64,000 nucleotides of DNA from Azolla caroliniana. Lineage: Eukaryota; Plantae; Polypodiophyta. Position 1 is the first letter of the stretch. Each line of letters starts with the position of its first letter. Under the pieces are notes generated by a model. It saw nothing but the letters and a program-made list of their open reading frames with translations, was not told where the DNA came from and ran no database searches. Location: the NCBI GenBank assembly GCA_043228905.1, contig JBHGNT010000007.1, positions 11,594,001 through 11,658,000 of the forward strand. The letters run 5' to 3'. The translations under genes were made by a program, and so were the position numbers. This document shows, piece by piece, positions 49,763 through 62,400 of the stretch.

Positions 49763-49878
49763 CCCTTTGTGAACAGAGCAGTGCCAATGTAATTGGTGTC
49801 GAGGATAAACATCCTCCTGTCCCGACGCTCTTACGTGATTATCTAGCCTTCTTCCTTGATGAAGCACTTGAGGTGCGT

Positions 49879-50991
49879 TGTCGTGAAGATCTGTCACTAC
49901 ACGCGGATCGTGAGGCGGAACCGCCGGGGTTCTGGACCAGAAGGATTTAGAGTCGATACAAGCTTTGGCGAGAAAGTACTTAAGATAGATTGGGAAAGAG
50001 AGAAGTTGAGATTCAACGATTGAGAAAGATCGATTGAACTTTTTATCTTTGGATTTAAGAAACAAGTTACACCATCAATTTGATAACAAATTTCTTCTTC
50101 TTAATTTCATAATAAAAAAAAACCGTGTTTTTTCTCCTCCCCCTTCCCTCTTTTATAAATGCTCTCATGCATATGATGCATGTGAGGGTACAAGACATGC
50201 ATAAATTGCATGTTTGCCATTTGGCGCTTATGTATTACATGTGGTGCATGATAACCATGTCACTCATTTTAGCTCTCATGTATGAGAATTTACATGTAAA
50301 AGTACAATGATAGAAATATAATTTCAACTAAATAGCATGGCTTAATGGTAAGCCAATTGACTCCTAACTTGGAGGTGCAAGGTTCGAATCCTTACTTGCC
50401 CTCCTTGTATATGTAAATATGTATATATATTTATATATTTATTTATCTAGTCGCCGGACGCCGGTTCGCCGGATACTGTCGTCGGTTGCCGTCGGTTACC
50501 GGTGCCTCGCCAGATGCCGTCGGTTACCGGTGCCTCGCCGGATGCCGTCGATTACCGGTGCCTCGCTGGATGCTATCGCCAGATCACCGGCTCCATCGCC
50601 GGTCCGGTTTTGGTTGGCCAAAACCCTTTACGAGTAGCTAGCCCACCTCCACTCTTAGTTCAAGTTACCTTGAACTCTCTATGCTCCACACATAGACACA
50701 AAGATAATATCGTTTGGTCCACCTTATATATGATGAGAGCTGTATTTGTCGTGCTTACGTGGGATATCTCACAATTTTCTCTTTTCCTTTCACAAACTTT
50801 ATACCCTCATATCTTGACATTTAGTTGTCCATTTCTCGTGTAATAAAGTGCATTCGAAACCTCCATCATTTTGTACTTAGATATTAAATCTATTTAAAAT
50901 GTTATCTTCACAATTATTGTACTATGTGATTCATACTCGATTTCGTACGTTTTATGGGATTTTCACACTATTGCCGAAAATCTTCACGACA
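49879..50991 (-). mobile_element. Solo LTR of the N lineage (1113 bp)
   Basis: TGTCGTGAAGAT...ATCTTCACGACA; 4-bp TSD GCGT; ends homologous to the N3 LTR in reverse orientation. Confidence 0.88.
50338..50391 (+). promoter_or_regulatory. tRNA-like Pol III A and B box in solo LTR
   Basis: TGGCTTAATGG, 32-nt gap, GGTTCGAATCC. Confidence 0.78.
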
Positions 50992-51660
50992 GCGTAAACC
51001 GTACTTGCATCCCCTGGTCGATGATATGTTTGACCGACACCAGGTTCTTGGTTATTTTCGGAACATGCAACATGTTCATGAGCTTCCCTCTCGGTCCGAC
51101 ATGGCTGAGGGGAACTTCTCTAACATGTTCAATCGGGTGAGGAGTGTCGTCTCCGGTTTCGACAACTCCCGGTTGCTCCGGCTTTTCCATAAACGAGAAC
51201 CACTCTTTGTGGCTCATCATGTGGTTAGACACTCTGTAATCAACATATCACACTTCCTCCGATCTGGAAGTAGTGGTCTTCTTCATCGAATTCGCCTTGT
51301 GTTTCATCACAAAGGTTGACCCTTTTTCGGTCCCGGATCCTTTTGATACTTCAGCATAGTGTGAGCTTTGCCCGCTCCCTTGTCCAATCTTGCCGGATCC
51401 GGATTTATCCGAATCGGCCCAGGCTACTTCGAGGATGTGACGATTTTTGCGCTCGGCTACTCCGTTTTGTTGCGGAGTGTGTCGGCAAGTGAATTCTCGC
51501 CGAATTCCTTCCTTTCGGAGATACGCCATGAAATCGTCTGAGAAGTACTCCTTGCCGCCATCCGATCGAAGGCATCGTACGTGTCGGCCCGTGGCTTTCT
51601 CGACTTCATTCTTGAAATTTTGGAAGTGTCCGAACACTTCGCTCTTTTGCCGCATCGGGT

Positions 51661-54393
51661 AGAATGATAGACGAGAACTGGGTACTCTCCTCGAAGATGA
51701 TACCCAAGCAAACGGGCTTGTGGTGGACTGAGTTGCGGTGAAGCGAGCATGCAAAAAGATCGACATGCGTCATCAATGGCTTGATGACAGTGACTTGGTA
51801 ACGCCAAGCGTAGAAACATCAAGACCACCTAAAGAAGTCGAGTTGCCTAAACAAAGCAACCTACATGAAAAGAAGATTGATGATGACTCGAGGACGGAGA
51901 AGGCCACTTCGAGGGAGGATGAATCTTTCGGAACGCGCATCGTATTCGAAACATCAGATGATGAAGGAGCACGCCTAATCGAAGCTTGCATCAATGGAGA
52001 TAAAGAGTGCGAGGCTAGTGTAATTGAGGATCTAGCCCCTAAAGACGACGTCGAGGAGGTGACTATGAACAAGACAACAAGCGTCGACAATGACCATGGC
52101 CGGATGTTCTCCACACATGCTCCAGAGACTTGGGCAGTTGCGTCCAATGACAATGTGAGACCCAAGAGATAGAAGGTGTCGGCGAGGAGCCGAAGGTCGA
52201 AACGAATACATGTGACGAAGAGAGAAACATAATCGAAGCTTGCTCGATCAAGAAGGTCAATGGGTATGAGGCCCATGAGATTGAAGAGATAGCCATAAGA
52301 AATGACATCAAGTCAAGGGTGACTATGAAAGAATTAATGACAGATGGCCACATCGAGGATTCCTTCACACAAGTTCCAGAGACTTGGGCAATTGCAGAAA
52401 GCCAATGTGAGACCCAAGAGATGGAAGGTGGTAGTAAGGGGAAGGACCAAGACGGTGTGCACAACATCGAGGCGAAGATGACTATGAACGAGTCAATGGA
52501 GAATGGTCGTGTCAAGACTTTCCCACCACTAATTCTAGAGACTTCGGCGGTTGCGTTCAAAAGGCAACGTGAGACCGAAGAGACGGAAGGTGGCGGAGAG
52601 AAAACAGAGGTCAAAGTCGATGCATACGAGGAAGAGATAGTCGAGAAGGTGGCTATGGGCGAAACGACGGAGGACGGTAATACCAATGATTCTTGCCCAC
52701 TAATTCTAGAGACTTCAGCGGTTGTGTCCGAGAACCAACGTGAGACCGGAGAGACGGGAGGTGGCAGCAAGGAACGTAAATCCAGAAGTGAGTTCGGACG
52801 GAAGATGATCTAGCCGGAATTCCGGCCTACACAAAAGCCAAACGAAGTGGAAGTGGATTCGAGCCTGACCCGGATGGAAATCGTTTCAGTTGGAATCCGA
52901 TTAGACGAGACCGATTCGGAAAGAAGCTAATCCGACTCAACCGGAGGTCGAACCGGTCGAGGCCAGTGAACACGAGGAAATGGAAGCCAACCCGGACCAA
53001 AACCGATTGGTCGAACCCGACCCGAAAGGGGGCCGACTCGGTCGAAACCAATCAACCGAGTCTGATTCAGCCGAATACAAATCCGAACGGAAGCCGATCC
53101 AACCAAAAGCCGATCGGCTGAGACCGATCTGGAAAGAAGTCAAGGTTGATGAAGACAAGGAAGAGGCCAACCAAGCACACTACCATGGACGACAAGGCCC
53201 AAATGAGCCAAGCAAATGAGCCAAGCAAATTTGAAGGGTGTTACCGAGGATGAGATCTCTACTAAGGAGGGCTCTAACGTGAAGATCATCAACTCTAACA
53301 CGAGATTGTACGACGAAGGTGGACAAAGTGCGGAGTGCCTTGACCAAGGAGATGGTTGGAACAAAGGTGGAACATGCATAAAGCCTAACCGGTTATGCTC
53401 GGAAGGAGAACAAGGGGCCATGACAACTGCTCATGGTAAAGCAAAGAATGAGCGAATGATATGGTGGATTGGGTGGCAACAATGGTTCGAGCCAAGGGAA
53501 TGGACATGCTTGAAATGGAGGAATCGTAATAATCACTGTAGCCGAAATCTCACACTCTCTCTTCTTGGCACGTACCAGAGGACGTGCGGTTTGGTGGGGG
53601 TGGATGTCGTGAAGATTTCCGGCAACGTTGTGAAAATTGTGTGCAACGAACGAAATCATGAAGATGCAATGTGCACATGTGAAAGGGGTGAAGGCCACAC
53701 ACATATGCTAGCATGTTGTAAATAGGACTGAAATGAGAATCCTAAAAGAAAAGCTAGATGCAAAGTTAAACATGTGCACGTGTGATGTGTGCTCAATTGT
53801 AAATATAAAAATAAGACTAAAGACTAGTAACATTTAAGAGCATATATAGGGTTGGAAGCAAGGCCTGAACCTTGCACCTCCAAGATAGGAGACAAATTAA
53901 CTTACCACTAAAGCCACTACTAAGTGCTGTAGAATTTGTATATTTTCTTTTCATATTCAGTATTTTGTAGGAAGCAAATATATAGAAACCGTGGGCACAA
54001 AACCATGGTTTCAGCTCATGGTTTTAGCCCATGGTTTTAGCCCATGGTTTCAACCCACGGTTTTGGCCCGTGGTTTTAGCCCATGGTTTTTGCATGGAGA
54101 GACCTATAAAAGCCTATAGTGGGGCTTGTGTAAGGAGGCAAGTGATGTAAGTAAAAAAGAAACTTTTAATCAAAGTTCTGAGTTATCCTAATGGTGATGT
54201 ATCTCGTCTCGTAAAACTAAAGTCAAGTGTTCAATCTCTAACTCAATCTCTCTCTCTCTCTCTCTCTCTCTCTTCATCCATCTATCTATCTTCAATACTT
54301 TCTTGCTTACGTTGCTAAAAAATTTGAATCCTTTTGGTCTAGGACCCCGGTGGTCCCGCTTCATTTCGCGAACACGCGAGGATTTCCTCGACA
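51661..54393 (+). mobile_element. N3: 5'-truncated relative of N1 (low-complexity ORF remnants, PPT, 3' LTR 53605-54393)
   Basis: About 52500-52800 closely matches N1 about 20100-20400; Trp-rich motif; PPT-like GGTGGGGGTGGA; LTR TGTCG...CGACA. Confidence 0.85.
54003..54090 (+). repeat. 13-bp tandem repeat CCATGGTTTTAGC in the N3 LTR
   Basis: About seven degenerate copies just upstream of TATAAAA. Confidence 0.85.
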
Positions 54394-57147
54394 CCGTGAT
54401 AAAACTTGCCAAATTTGAGAAATGTAACTCCAAATTCCCATTGGACATTGATAAATCGATGAGTACTATCTTCCATTTGAACAGTGCAAAAAAAGCAATT
54501 AGCCATAGCTAGTCCATGACACTTTAGAGCTAATCCCAAAGGCAATCCTCCAATCAAAACTCTCCAAATGAAGAACTTTGCTACAAGTGGCAATTTAGAA
54601 TGCCAACTACGTTGTAAGATTTACCACCACCTTTTTGTGTAATCTCCATTCTTCTTCAGCCTTAGATGATAACCATCCTTCAGACTCAACAGAGCAATGA
54701 TACAAAAGATTAGTAGTCACTTGTAACAATGACGTTTGACCCTTTAAACACCAACCAATCCACGAATGTTCTCCTGTTTGTAGAGGTAAGGGATCTTGCA
54801 TCAATGGAATATTTTGTAGTTGTTGCCAAACAAATTCATAATTAGGTGGAATGTGTAATAATTGTCGCGCTTCAACAAACTCCAAAATTCTTTGAGATGG
54901 ATCCTCAACTATATCTCCCACCTCTTTGAGAGTGCAAGCTCTCCTTTCTTGACCAACATAATAACCGAGAAGCCACAAGTAACTCTTTTTGCAAAGAATT
55001 ACAATGCTCTCTACTAGATGATGGTTTCCATACACATAACAAGAGTGGTTCTTGCCATGAGGTAACCAAGTGTTGAACACATGTAGAGCCTAGAATCCTA
55101 TGTGAAATACATCCATTCAGTAATTGCCACCATGAAGCCATAATTGTTGTCCTCCCATGTGTTAAACCCTTGTTTTCAATGAAATATTGAACAATGGATA
55201 TCCATGGTTGCAAGTTTGAACACATCATATGCTTAGATAAGTTCAATATTCTAGCTCCCCCCAAGCACTTAGGAGTTGCGAGATGATTCCATGCAACCCA
55301 AGTGATTCCCATCTTATCCCTCTTCTTTCACAACTTATATCGAAGAGGTTGCAAAATAGAATGCAAAACCTTCTTTGTCCATGGCAGTAATGGCAAGTAA
55401 TATAGTATCATAGGTTCCATAATACATTGTACAACCTTCAAACGTACATGAAATGGCCAAGATTGTGATTTCCAATACATGAACTTATCCCTCAACTTAT
55501 TAGACATCCATTCAATCAATTGACCATTTGTAACATTCATTCCTAATGGATAGCCCAAGTGTAAAAAAATAGAGCCTTTCTTCACCACGGATCCTTGCCA
55601 TCCTAAACATTCCAAATCCCTTTCAGTACATGATATGAGACTAGACTTCCTCCAATTAATTTGTAATTCGGAAGCCAATGTAAATTGGTTCCATACAAGC
55701 GTGCCCTTCTCAAGATTCTCTTGTGAGGCTTGTAGAAACATGAAAGAATCAGCAGCCAAAGCTCCAACCGCAAGGTGTAGACCCACAATATCACCATTTG
55801 TTGCAAGCCTGGATAACATCACTAACAAGGGATGAGTAACAATAGCAAACAACAACGGGCTAATGGGGCATCCTTGACGAACGGATATTGTAAGGGCAAT
55901 ATCTGATGTAACCCCCTCATTAAGCATGACTCGAGACACCGCATCTTGCCCTAATAAAAATATGAGGCGAGACATACGAGGTCCAAAGCCCATTGTATGC
56001 ATTAACCCAGAAACAAAGGACCAATTAACATGATCATAAGCTTTCTCCAAATCTAATTGCACCATAATCAATTCTTGATGAGTGTTTTGAGCATAATCCA
56101 TGGCCATTTGAACATTCAACACATTATGCAATATATTGCTACCTGCAATAAAACCATATTGGGGGGGATGTATCAACTTTGGCAAATACTTTTGTAATAT
56201 ATTTGCCAAGACCATTGTAAATATCTTATACAATCCCCCCATCAAAGAAATAGGTCTCCATTCATGAAATGACTCTAGAGATCACGCCTTTGGAACTAAT
56301 TTAATTAGACCAACCTTCCAAGCTTGAGGCATATGACTAGAATCCCAAGAATGTTGAAACATCAAAGTTAAGGGCCCCTTTAAAATGTTGGAATATCGCT
56401 TAAAAACTTCATTTATCAAACCATCCCAACCAGGGCTCTTACCACTACGAAGATGCCTTAAAATTGTGTCCACCCCATCCTCAGTGAAATCTGCATCCAA
56501 TTCATGACTAATGAGGTCATGCACAATACATCCAGCCACATCATAAAACTCATGACGTGCTCTACTCACCTCATTTGTCATTAACAATTGTGGGCCAATC
56601 AAGTCCTTAAAGTAATGAACACATATGTCAATTTTTGTAGTAGGATCCACTATCCACTCATCCCCTTGCTTCACATGTACCACATTAGATCGAATATAAG
56701 TAGGATACAATGCTTGGAAAAACAAATGAGATTGACATTGATTATCTATGATCCCATCCCTCAATTGTCGCATCTTCGCATAACGATAGCTTTGGCATTG
56801 CAACTTAGAAATAATAATATGCAACTGACTTTGGATATCCAAAACCTCCTCATCTAATGGTGCATGTATCAATAATGCATTACACCTAGAGAGAACTTGT
56901 GAGAATGGTAGAAGAAGACCTCTTCTTCGTTGAGCATTAGTTGCTCCATACATACCATCAATGATCTTAATATTTTGTAACGTGATATCCCATGCTTTAA
57001 CTCCTTTAAGATTCACTTCTTTTGAAAAATTTACCAAAATTTTCTCCATGAGAGAATCAAAGTGAGATTGAAGCAAAAGAGAAGAGTTAAAGTGTAATGG
57101 AGGCTTTCCATGTAAGGATTTATACATGTCAATTGCATGACCACAAA
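54394..57147 (-). mobile_element. Degenerate LINE (L1-like) ORF2: RT and zf-RVT
   Basis: KSPGWDG, QYGFIAG, LDLEKAYDHV, VRQGCPISP, FFIWRVL..CFFC..EDSTH. Confidence 0.9.
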
Positions 57148-59404
57148 TGTTAGAGACATGAACTAATGTAAGCATTTGATAAGGATAGAATATAGATCTA
57201 GATAGAAAGGAGAGAGAGAAAGAAGGGTGCCGATCCACCCGACCACCCCCGAGCGAAGGGATTGAGACAGACTCGAGCCTCGATCGGCGTTCCATACCAC
57301 CGCCATGGCATCGAGTCGTACCTGGTGCTGGCGCACTCGCTACAAGAGTTGACCCACCACAAGACAGAGTCTCAACGTAGTCGACCAGATGATGAAATGA
57401 GGTAGCTAGGCCTCTTATTTATAGCGATACCCAAGGCCCCTAGCCATGTTCACACTTGGCCTAATGGGTTGTCTTAATCCCGAGGATTATAAGTAATCCT
57501 CCCCTTCTTTACACGCTTGTTTAACCCTCACACTTATCCACGTGTATAGAATACTATGGTAAATTCTCACCATTTGATATTATATGGTCATGCTCGTAAC
57601 ATAATCCCCCTCTTTAAAACATTGCACTCTTGCAATGGAAAGTTAGGGAAGTTAGTTCTGAGAGTATTTTCGCGTTCTCCTGTGGCATCTTTTATTGATT
57701 TATCCATCCATTTTATTTTAAATTCTCGGATTTCTTTAGTATGTAATTTTTTTGTTTTAACATCGAGAATTCTTTCTGGTACATGTGGTTTAGAAGATAA
57801 TTCTTCAGAAGTAACCAGAGTTTCTGTTGTAACTGTATTGTCGCCAGAACCTAGAAGTTCTTTTAGACGACTCACATGAAAAACTGGATGAATATCAACA
57901 ATATCAGGAAGAATGAGACGATAGGTTGATAACCCAATGCGTTTGAGGACTGTAAAAGGTCCACAAAACCATGGGGCTAACTTAGCGCACTTACCCTTAG
58001 ACAATGTCTTAGAATTGTGAGGTACACGTAAAAATACCTTCTGTCCAGGGTTGAATACACGAGGTTGCCTATGATGATCGAGATAAAAACACGCTCTATC
58101 TTGAGCTGTTTTTATATTATCTTGTGCAATATGCAACATATCTTGCATATCCCGAAGAAAGTTTTGCGTACTTCACAACTCATCATGATGTATATTAACA
58201 TCAATCGGGGCTCATGGCTGAAAACCATACATCAACATAAAAGGACTATATCCCGTCAACGTATGCTTGGAGCTGTTATAAGCAAACTCCAGAATTGGGA
58301 GATAACGTTCCCATTTTGTTGTTTTTGTACCAATGTATGCTCAAAGCATGTCCTCAATAATTTGATTTACTCGTTCTGTCTTTCCATCGGATTGAGGATA
58401 ATCTGTGGAACTCATGCTCAACGTAGTTTCTAACTTCTTAAAGACATGCGTCCAGAAGTCACTAGTAAACTTTGGATCTTGATCACTCACGATATCCATC
58501 AGTAACCTATAAAAACAAAATAACTCGTCAACGAATTGGTAAGCAAATTCAGGAGTTGTTACCGTGGTTTTGGTAGCAATAAATTTGGCCATTTTAGTTA
58601 GTCTATCAACCACAACCCAGATGGCATCATGACCTTTTTGGGTGCGAGGAAGGCTAACAATAAAATCCATGGATATACTTTCCCACTTATTATTGGGAAT
58701 GTCCAAGGGATGTAAAAGTCCTGCGGCTTTAAGTCACTGAGCTTTGTTAACCTGACATTGGTGACATTTAGTCACATAGCTATGTATGTCAGGATGCATC
58801 TTAGGCCAATAAAATTGAGTGGAGATGAGAACAAGTGTACGATGTATTCCAGGGTGCCTTGCTGAGGGTGCATCATGGCATTCAAAAAGAATCCTCCTTT
58901 TGACCTCGGGTAAATCTGGAACACAAACCTTCCCATTATGGTAGAGCAGACTGTTAGCAATGTGGAAGTATTCCTTTGAGGATGTGGTGGTGTCTATTCC
59001 AGACTCAACTCTTGCCCAGTATTTTGCAAAATAACTATCATCAGGATACTTTCCTCGAAGGTGATCATAAAGATCTGATGATATTTCAGTGAAGCTAAGC
59101 ATGTTAACTTCACGGATGCGACTTAATGCATCAGCGATAGTGTTCATGGAACCTTTACGATATCGTATGGAAAAATCAAAGTCTTGGATGAGATCAACCC
59201 ATCGTGCCTTATGACCTTTCAGGTCTTGTCGGTCACAAAAATATTTCAAGGACTTGTGGTCCGTAGTTACCACAAAGCGATTTCCATAAAGATAATGGCG
59301 CCATGTTTTGAGCGCATATATAACTGCAAATAATTCCTTTTCTTGAACGGTATACCGACATTGAGCAAAATCAAGTTTCTTACTCTCGAATGCTATTGGT
59401 TTAC
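57148..59404 (-). mobile_element. G5: chromovirus 3' part (3' LTR 57148-57601, PPT, IN and chromodomain, RH), cut by G4
   Basis: SMDFI, SDQDPKF, GPF, PERILDVK..FKIKW; PPT GAGGGGGGATTA on minus; LTR homologous to the G4 LTR. Confidence 0.9.
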
Positions 59405-62400
59405 TGTTACGGGCATGACCATATAATATCCCGTGGTAAGAATTTACCGTAGTATTCTATACACGTGGATAAGTGTGAGGGTTAAAGGAGAGTGTAAAGA
59501 AGGGGAGGATTACTTTTAATCCTCGGGATTGAGACAACCCATTAGGTCAAGTGTGAACTTGCCTGGGGGCCTTGGGTTTCGCTATAAATAAGAGGCCTAG
59601 CTACCCTCATTTGATGATCTTTTGACTACATCGAGACTCTGCTCGTGTGGTGGGTCAACTCTTGTAGCGAGCGCGCCAGCACCAGGTACGACTCGACGCC
59701 ACGGCGGTGGTATGGGACGCCGATCGAGGCTCGAGTCCGTCTCGATCCCTTCGCTCGGGGGTGGTCGGGTGGATCGGCACCCTTCTTTCTCTTTCTCCTT
59801 TCTATCTTTCATTTCTTTATCCTTATCTTAAGCTTACATTAGTACTATGATCTATAATATTTGGTATCAGATTTTTTTACTAATGTTTCTTTGTTTTTCA
59901 TTTGTCTTTTGATTGATGCTGATCGATCATTGTGCGGTTGGCCTTGATCCAGACAACGATCAACAAAGAACTTCGGTAACTCTTTCCATATTTTTTTTTC
60001 TATTCTCTCTTCTCCCATCTAATCATGTGTTTAGTTTATATGTAATTTTTTTCATTAAATCAATGATGTTGTAGTGGTCTTTAATTGATTATCTAAAACG
60101 TTTACATATGTGCACGGGGTCAATACCTCGTTTGACATGTTAATAATATGTGATGAGTGTCGTATGCGTACGAGGTTAATACCTCAATTACGTATTACGT
60201 TCACGAACATATGTTACGTTTGCGTATGAGTTTAATACCTTGATTTGTTGTAAACGATATGCGTTTGGTCTCGTATGCGTAAGAGGTCAATACCTCCATT
60301 GCGTATTACGATGATCTCTTATTTGTGGATGTTTCGTGTGCGTAGAGGTATATACCTCGATTACGTATCTCGATCACATCATTTGTGGCTATTTACTATA
60401 ACGATATGTTGAATATAGGCATATGTGGTCACATATATACGTATTTGATCGTATATATGTGATAAGTAACCATATGTGTATATTCGTTATTATGTGATTA
60501 TATCGAAAGTTGTCATGATCGGGAAAAGGATGTTGGTGGCCGTCCTCACATTTTTGTGAGAATGGCGTTGTCACCATCCCTTTTTCAACATTTTTTTATT
60601 GTTGATAACCCCGTTGACGACCTCGATTTCGTTACGTAAAGAAACGCCAATAGCCAAAATGATGTTGAGTACGTAGGGCTTGACCCACTTCAAGTGAGGT
60701 CGCTCCAATGACGCACGTATCCAACATCCTTCCCTCGTTACATGGATACGATGCCACCATGAGCTCGTTCTTACGAGAGGCATTCGTAATGACGTGACCA
60801 TGTGATGGCCCACGTGAGCCTACTACGAAACGAGGGCTCATTTGGCTTGACCATTAGGTTGCCCTTTGACATATGCCATCGTAATTACGAGACTTGAGGT
60901 TAGGTAACGTACCAACATAGTGTTGGTAAATGAGGGCGAAATAAGGACCCTTGACATATATGTTCTTTTAAAAAAACGTATATGATCAATTGCCTCGCAT
61001 ATCTCTTATACGCATCAAACATTAAGCATTCGAGAAGAGCAACTTACTTGGTTGGCTCAAGTGTTTAATGTATTTGTTCTCGAGGTCTCGAGTTCAAATA
61101 TGACCAAGACCATACAACATCCTTGATACATATGACTATAACACATGTTTAGACTTAAGGTCTAAGTGCACCTCGGGGTCCTCGTAATAGGACTTAAAGA
61201 GCCGAAACCACTTATGTGGGCACCGAAACATAGTTTATTGTTAACATTTTTTTTCGTGTATAAACTATTCATGACGCGAACATACATGGTTGAGCCTCGG
61301 GGAGCCACCATGAAAAAATCGATATAGAGATCAGGGAAAGACATTTATTTGTCACCCCCATGGTTTTTAAAACACCTTTGTGTTACCATAGTAACCTGAT
61401 CTTGAACCTCATCTCATACGTCTAGAGGGGTATTGACGTGAGATAATGATATCGATTAATGCTCGCCCATGATATGTTTACATCACGACAAGATGTTATG
61501 ACTATATCTCTGACCTTATCCTATTTCTTTTCCAGAAATAATCTTAAATGGCTCAAATTAACGACCCGATGTCATCCGCTCAAGCGGAAGGAACTCAAGG
61601 GAATCCTCCTGGACAAATGTCCACTGAGATGTATTTGGCACAAATAACCCAATTCCTTAGTTTCACCGCTCAACAGATGACCGAACTTCGGCAATCTCAG
61701 AGTGCTCTTGAGGCACGTGTCATTAGTCTACAACGTGAGACTAATAGACCTGATGAGCGACAAGGTGAACCATCATTTGTCGTTAAGCCATTTACGGGAG
61801 ACAAAAAGGAAAGAACCGAAGAAGCAATCTGCACATGGCTGGGACGATGGGAGTCTCATTTTGAGCTCTATCCCACGCCAGATAGTACGAAGATTGCATA
61901 TGTCGGCCGAGAACTCGGGGGTAAGGCCGCCGCCTGGTGGCGTGGCCTCCGTACTATGGGGAAATTGCCCGATACCTGGACAGATTTTGTCACGGTTTTT
62001 AAGGGCCAATTTCTGCAACCTCCCTCTCGAACCGAGGCAGCACAAGCTTTAATGAACCTCTCTAGCAGGAAATTTTCCTCGCTAGAAGACTATGTTCACC
62101 ATGCTAGAACCCAAATCCAAAAATCGGGTCTAGAAGGGGACAATTGGTTGATAGCTTGTTTTGTCAATGGCATCCCCAATTCGGACTATCACTGGATAGT
62201 GCACGATAAGGATCCAAAATCCTTCGAAGAGGCCGTTGAAATAGTTCTTCGCTATCAACGCACTTCGAAGAAGGACCATAACAAACCCAACGAAGCGCCC
62301 GGGACTAAGCAGTCGCAATTTGTTGGGAAACGCAAGACACCCAACGAATTCCTGGATCGCGATTGTAAGCGACAACATCCTTTTTGTGTATTCTGCAAAA

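Larger units (their letters stand above)
49763..51660 (-). pseudogene. C6: rearranged copia fragments (C4-like), split by a solo LTR
   Basis: GMQVRFT|HLKCFIKEEG rejoins across 49879-50991; integrase core piece RSDGGKEY..QQNGVAERKN at about 51420-51660. Confidence 0.8.

Noticed and set aside
50330-50400. Functional tRNA genes in LTRs
   Set aside because: A and B boxes and the T arm are present, but acceptor and anticodon stems do not form a proper cloverleaf. Tentative similarity to Arg(CCT) or Met tRNAs is too weak to assign.
49879-50991. DNA transposon or MITE with 12-bp terminal inverted repeats
   Set aside because: TG...CA ends and homology to the N3 3' LTR identify it as a solo LTR.
56282-57295. 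Novel N-terminus on LINE ORF2
   Set aside because: The first 49 or so residues come from the G5 LTR inserted at 57148.
60108-60372. CRISPR array
   Set aside because: Repeats are degenerate, lie inside a eukaryotic LTR element leader, and no cas genes are present; kept as a hairpin array.
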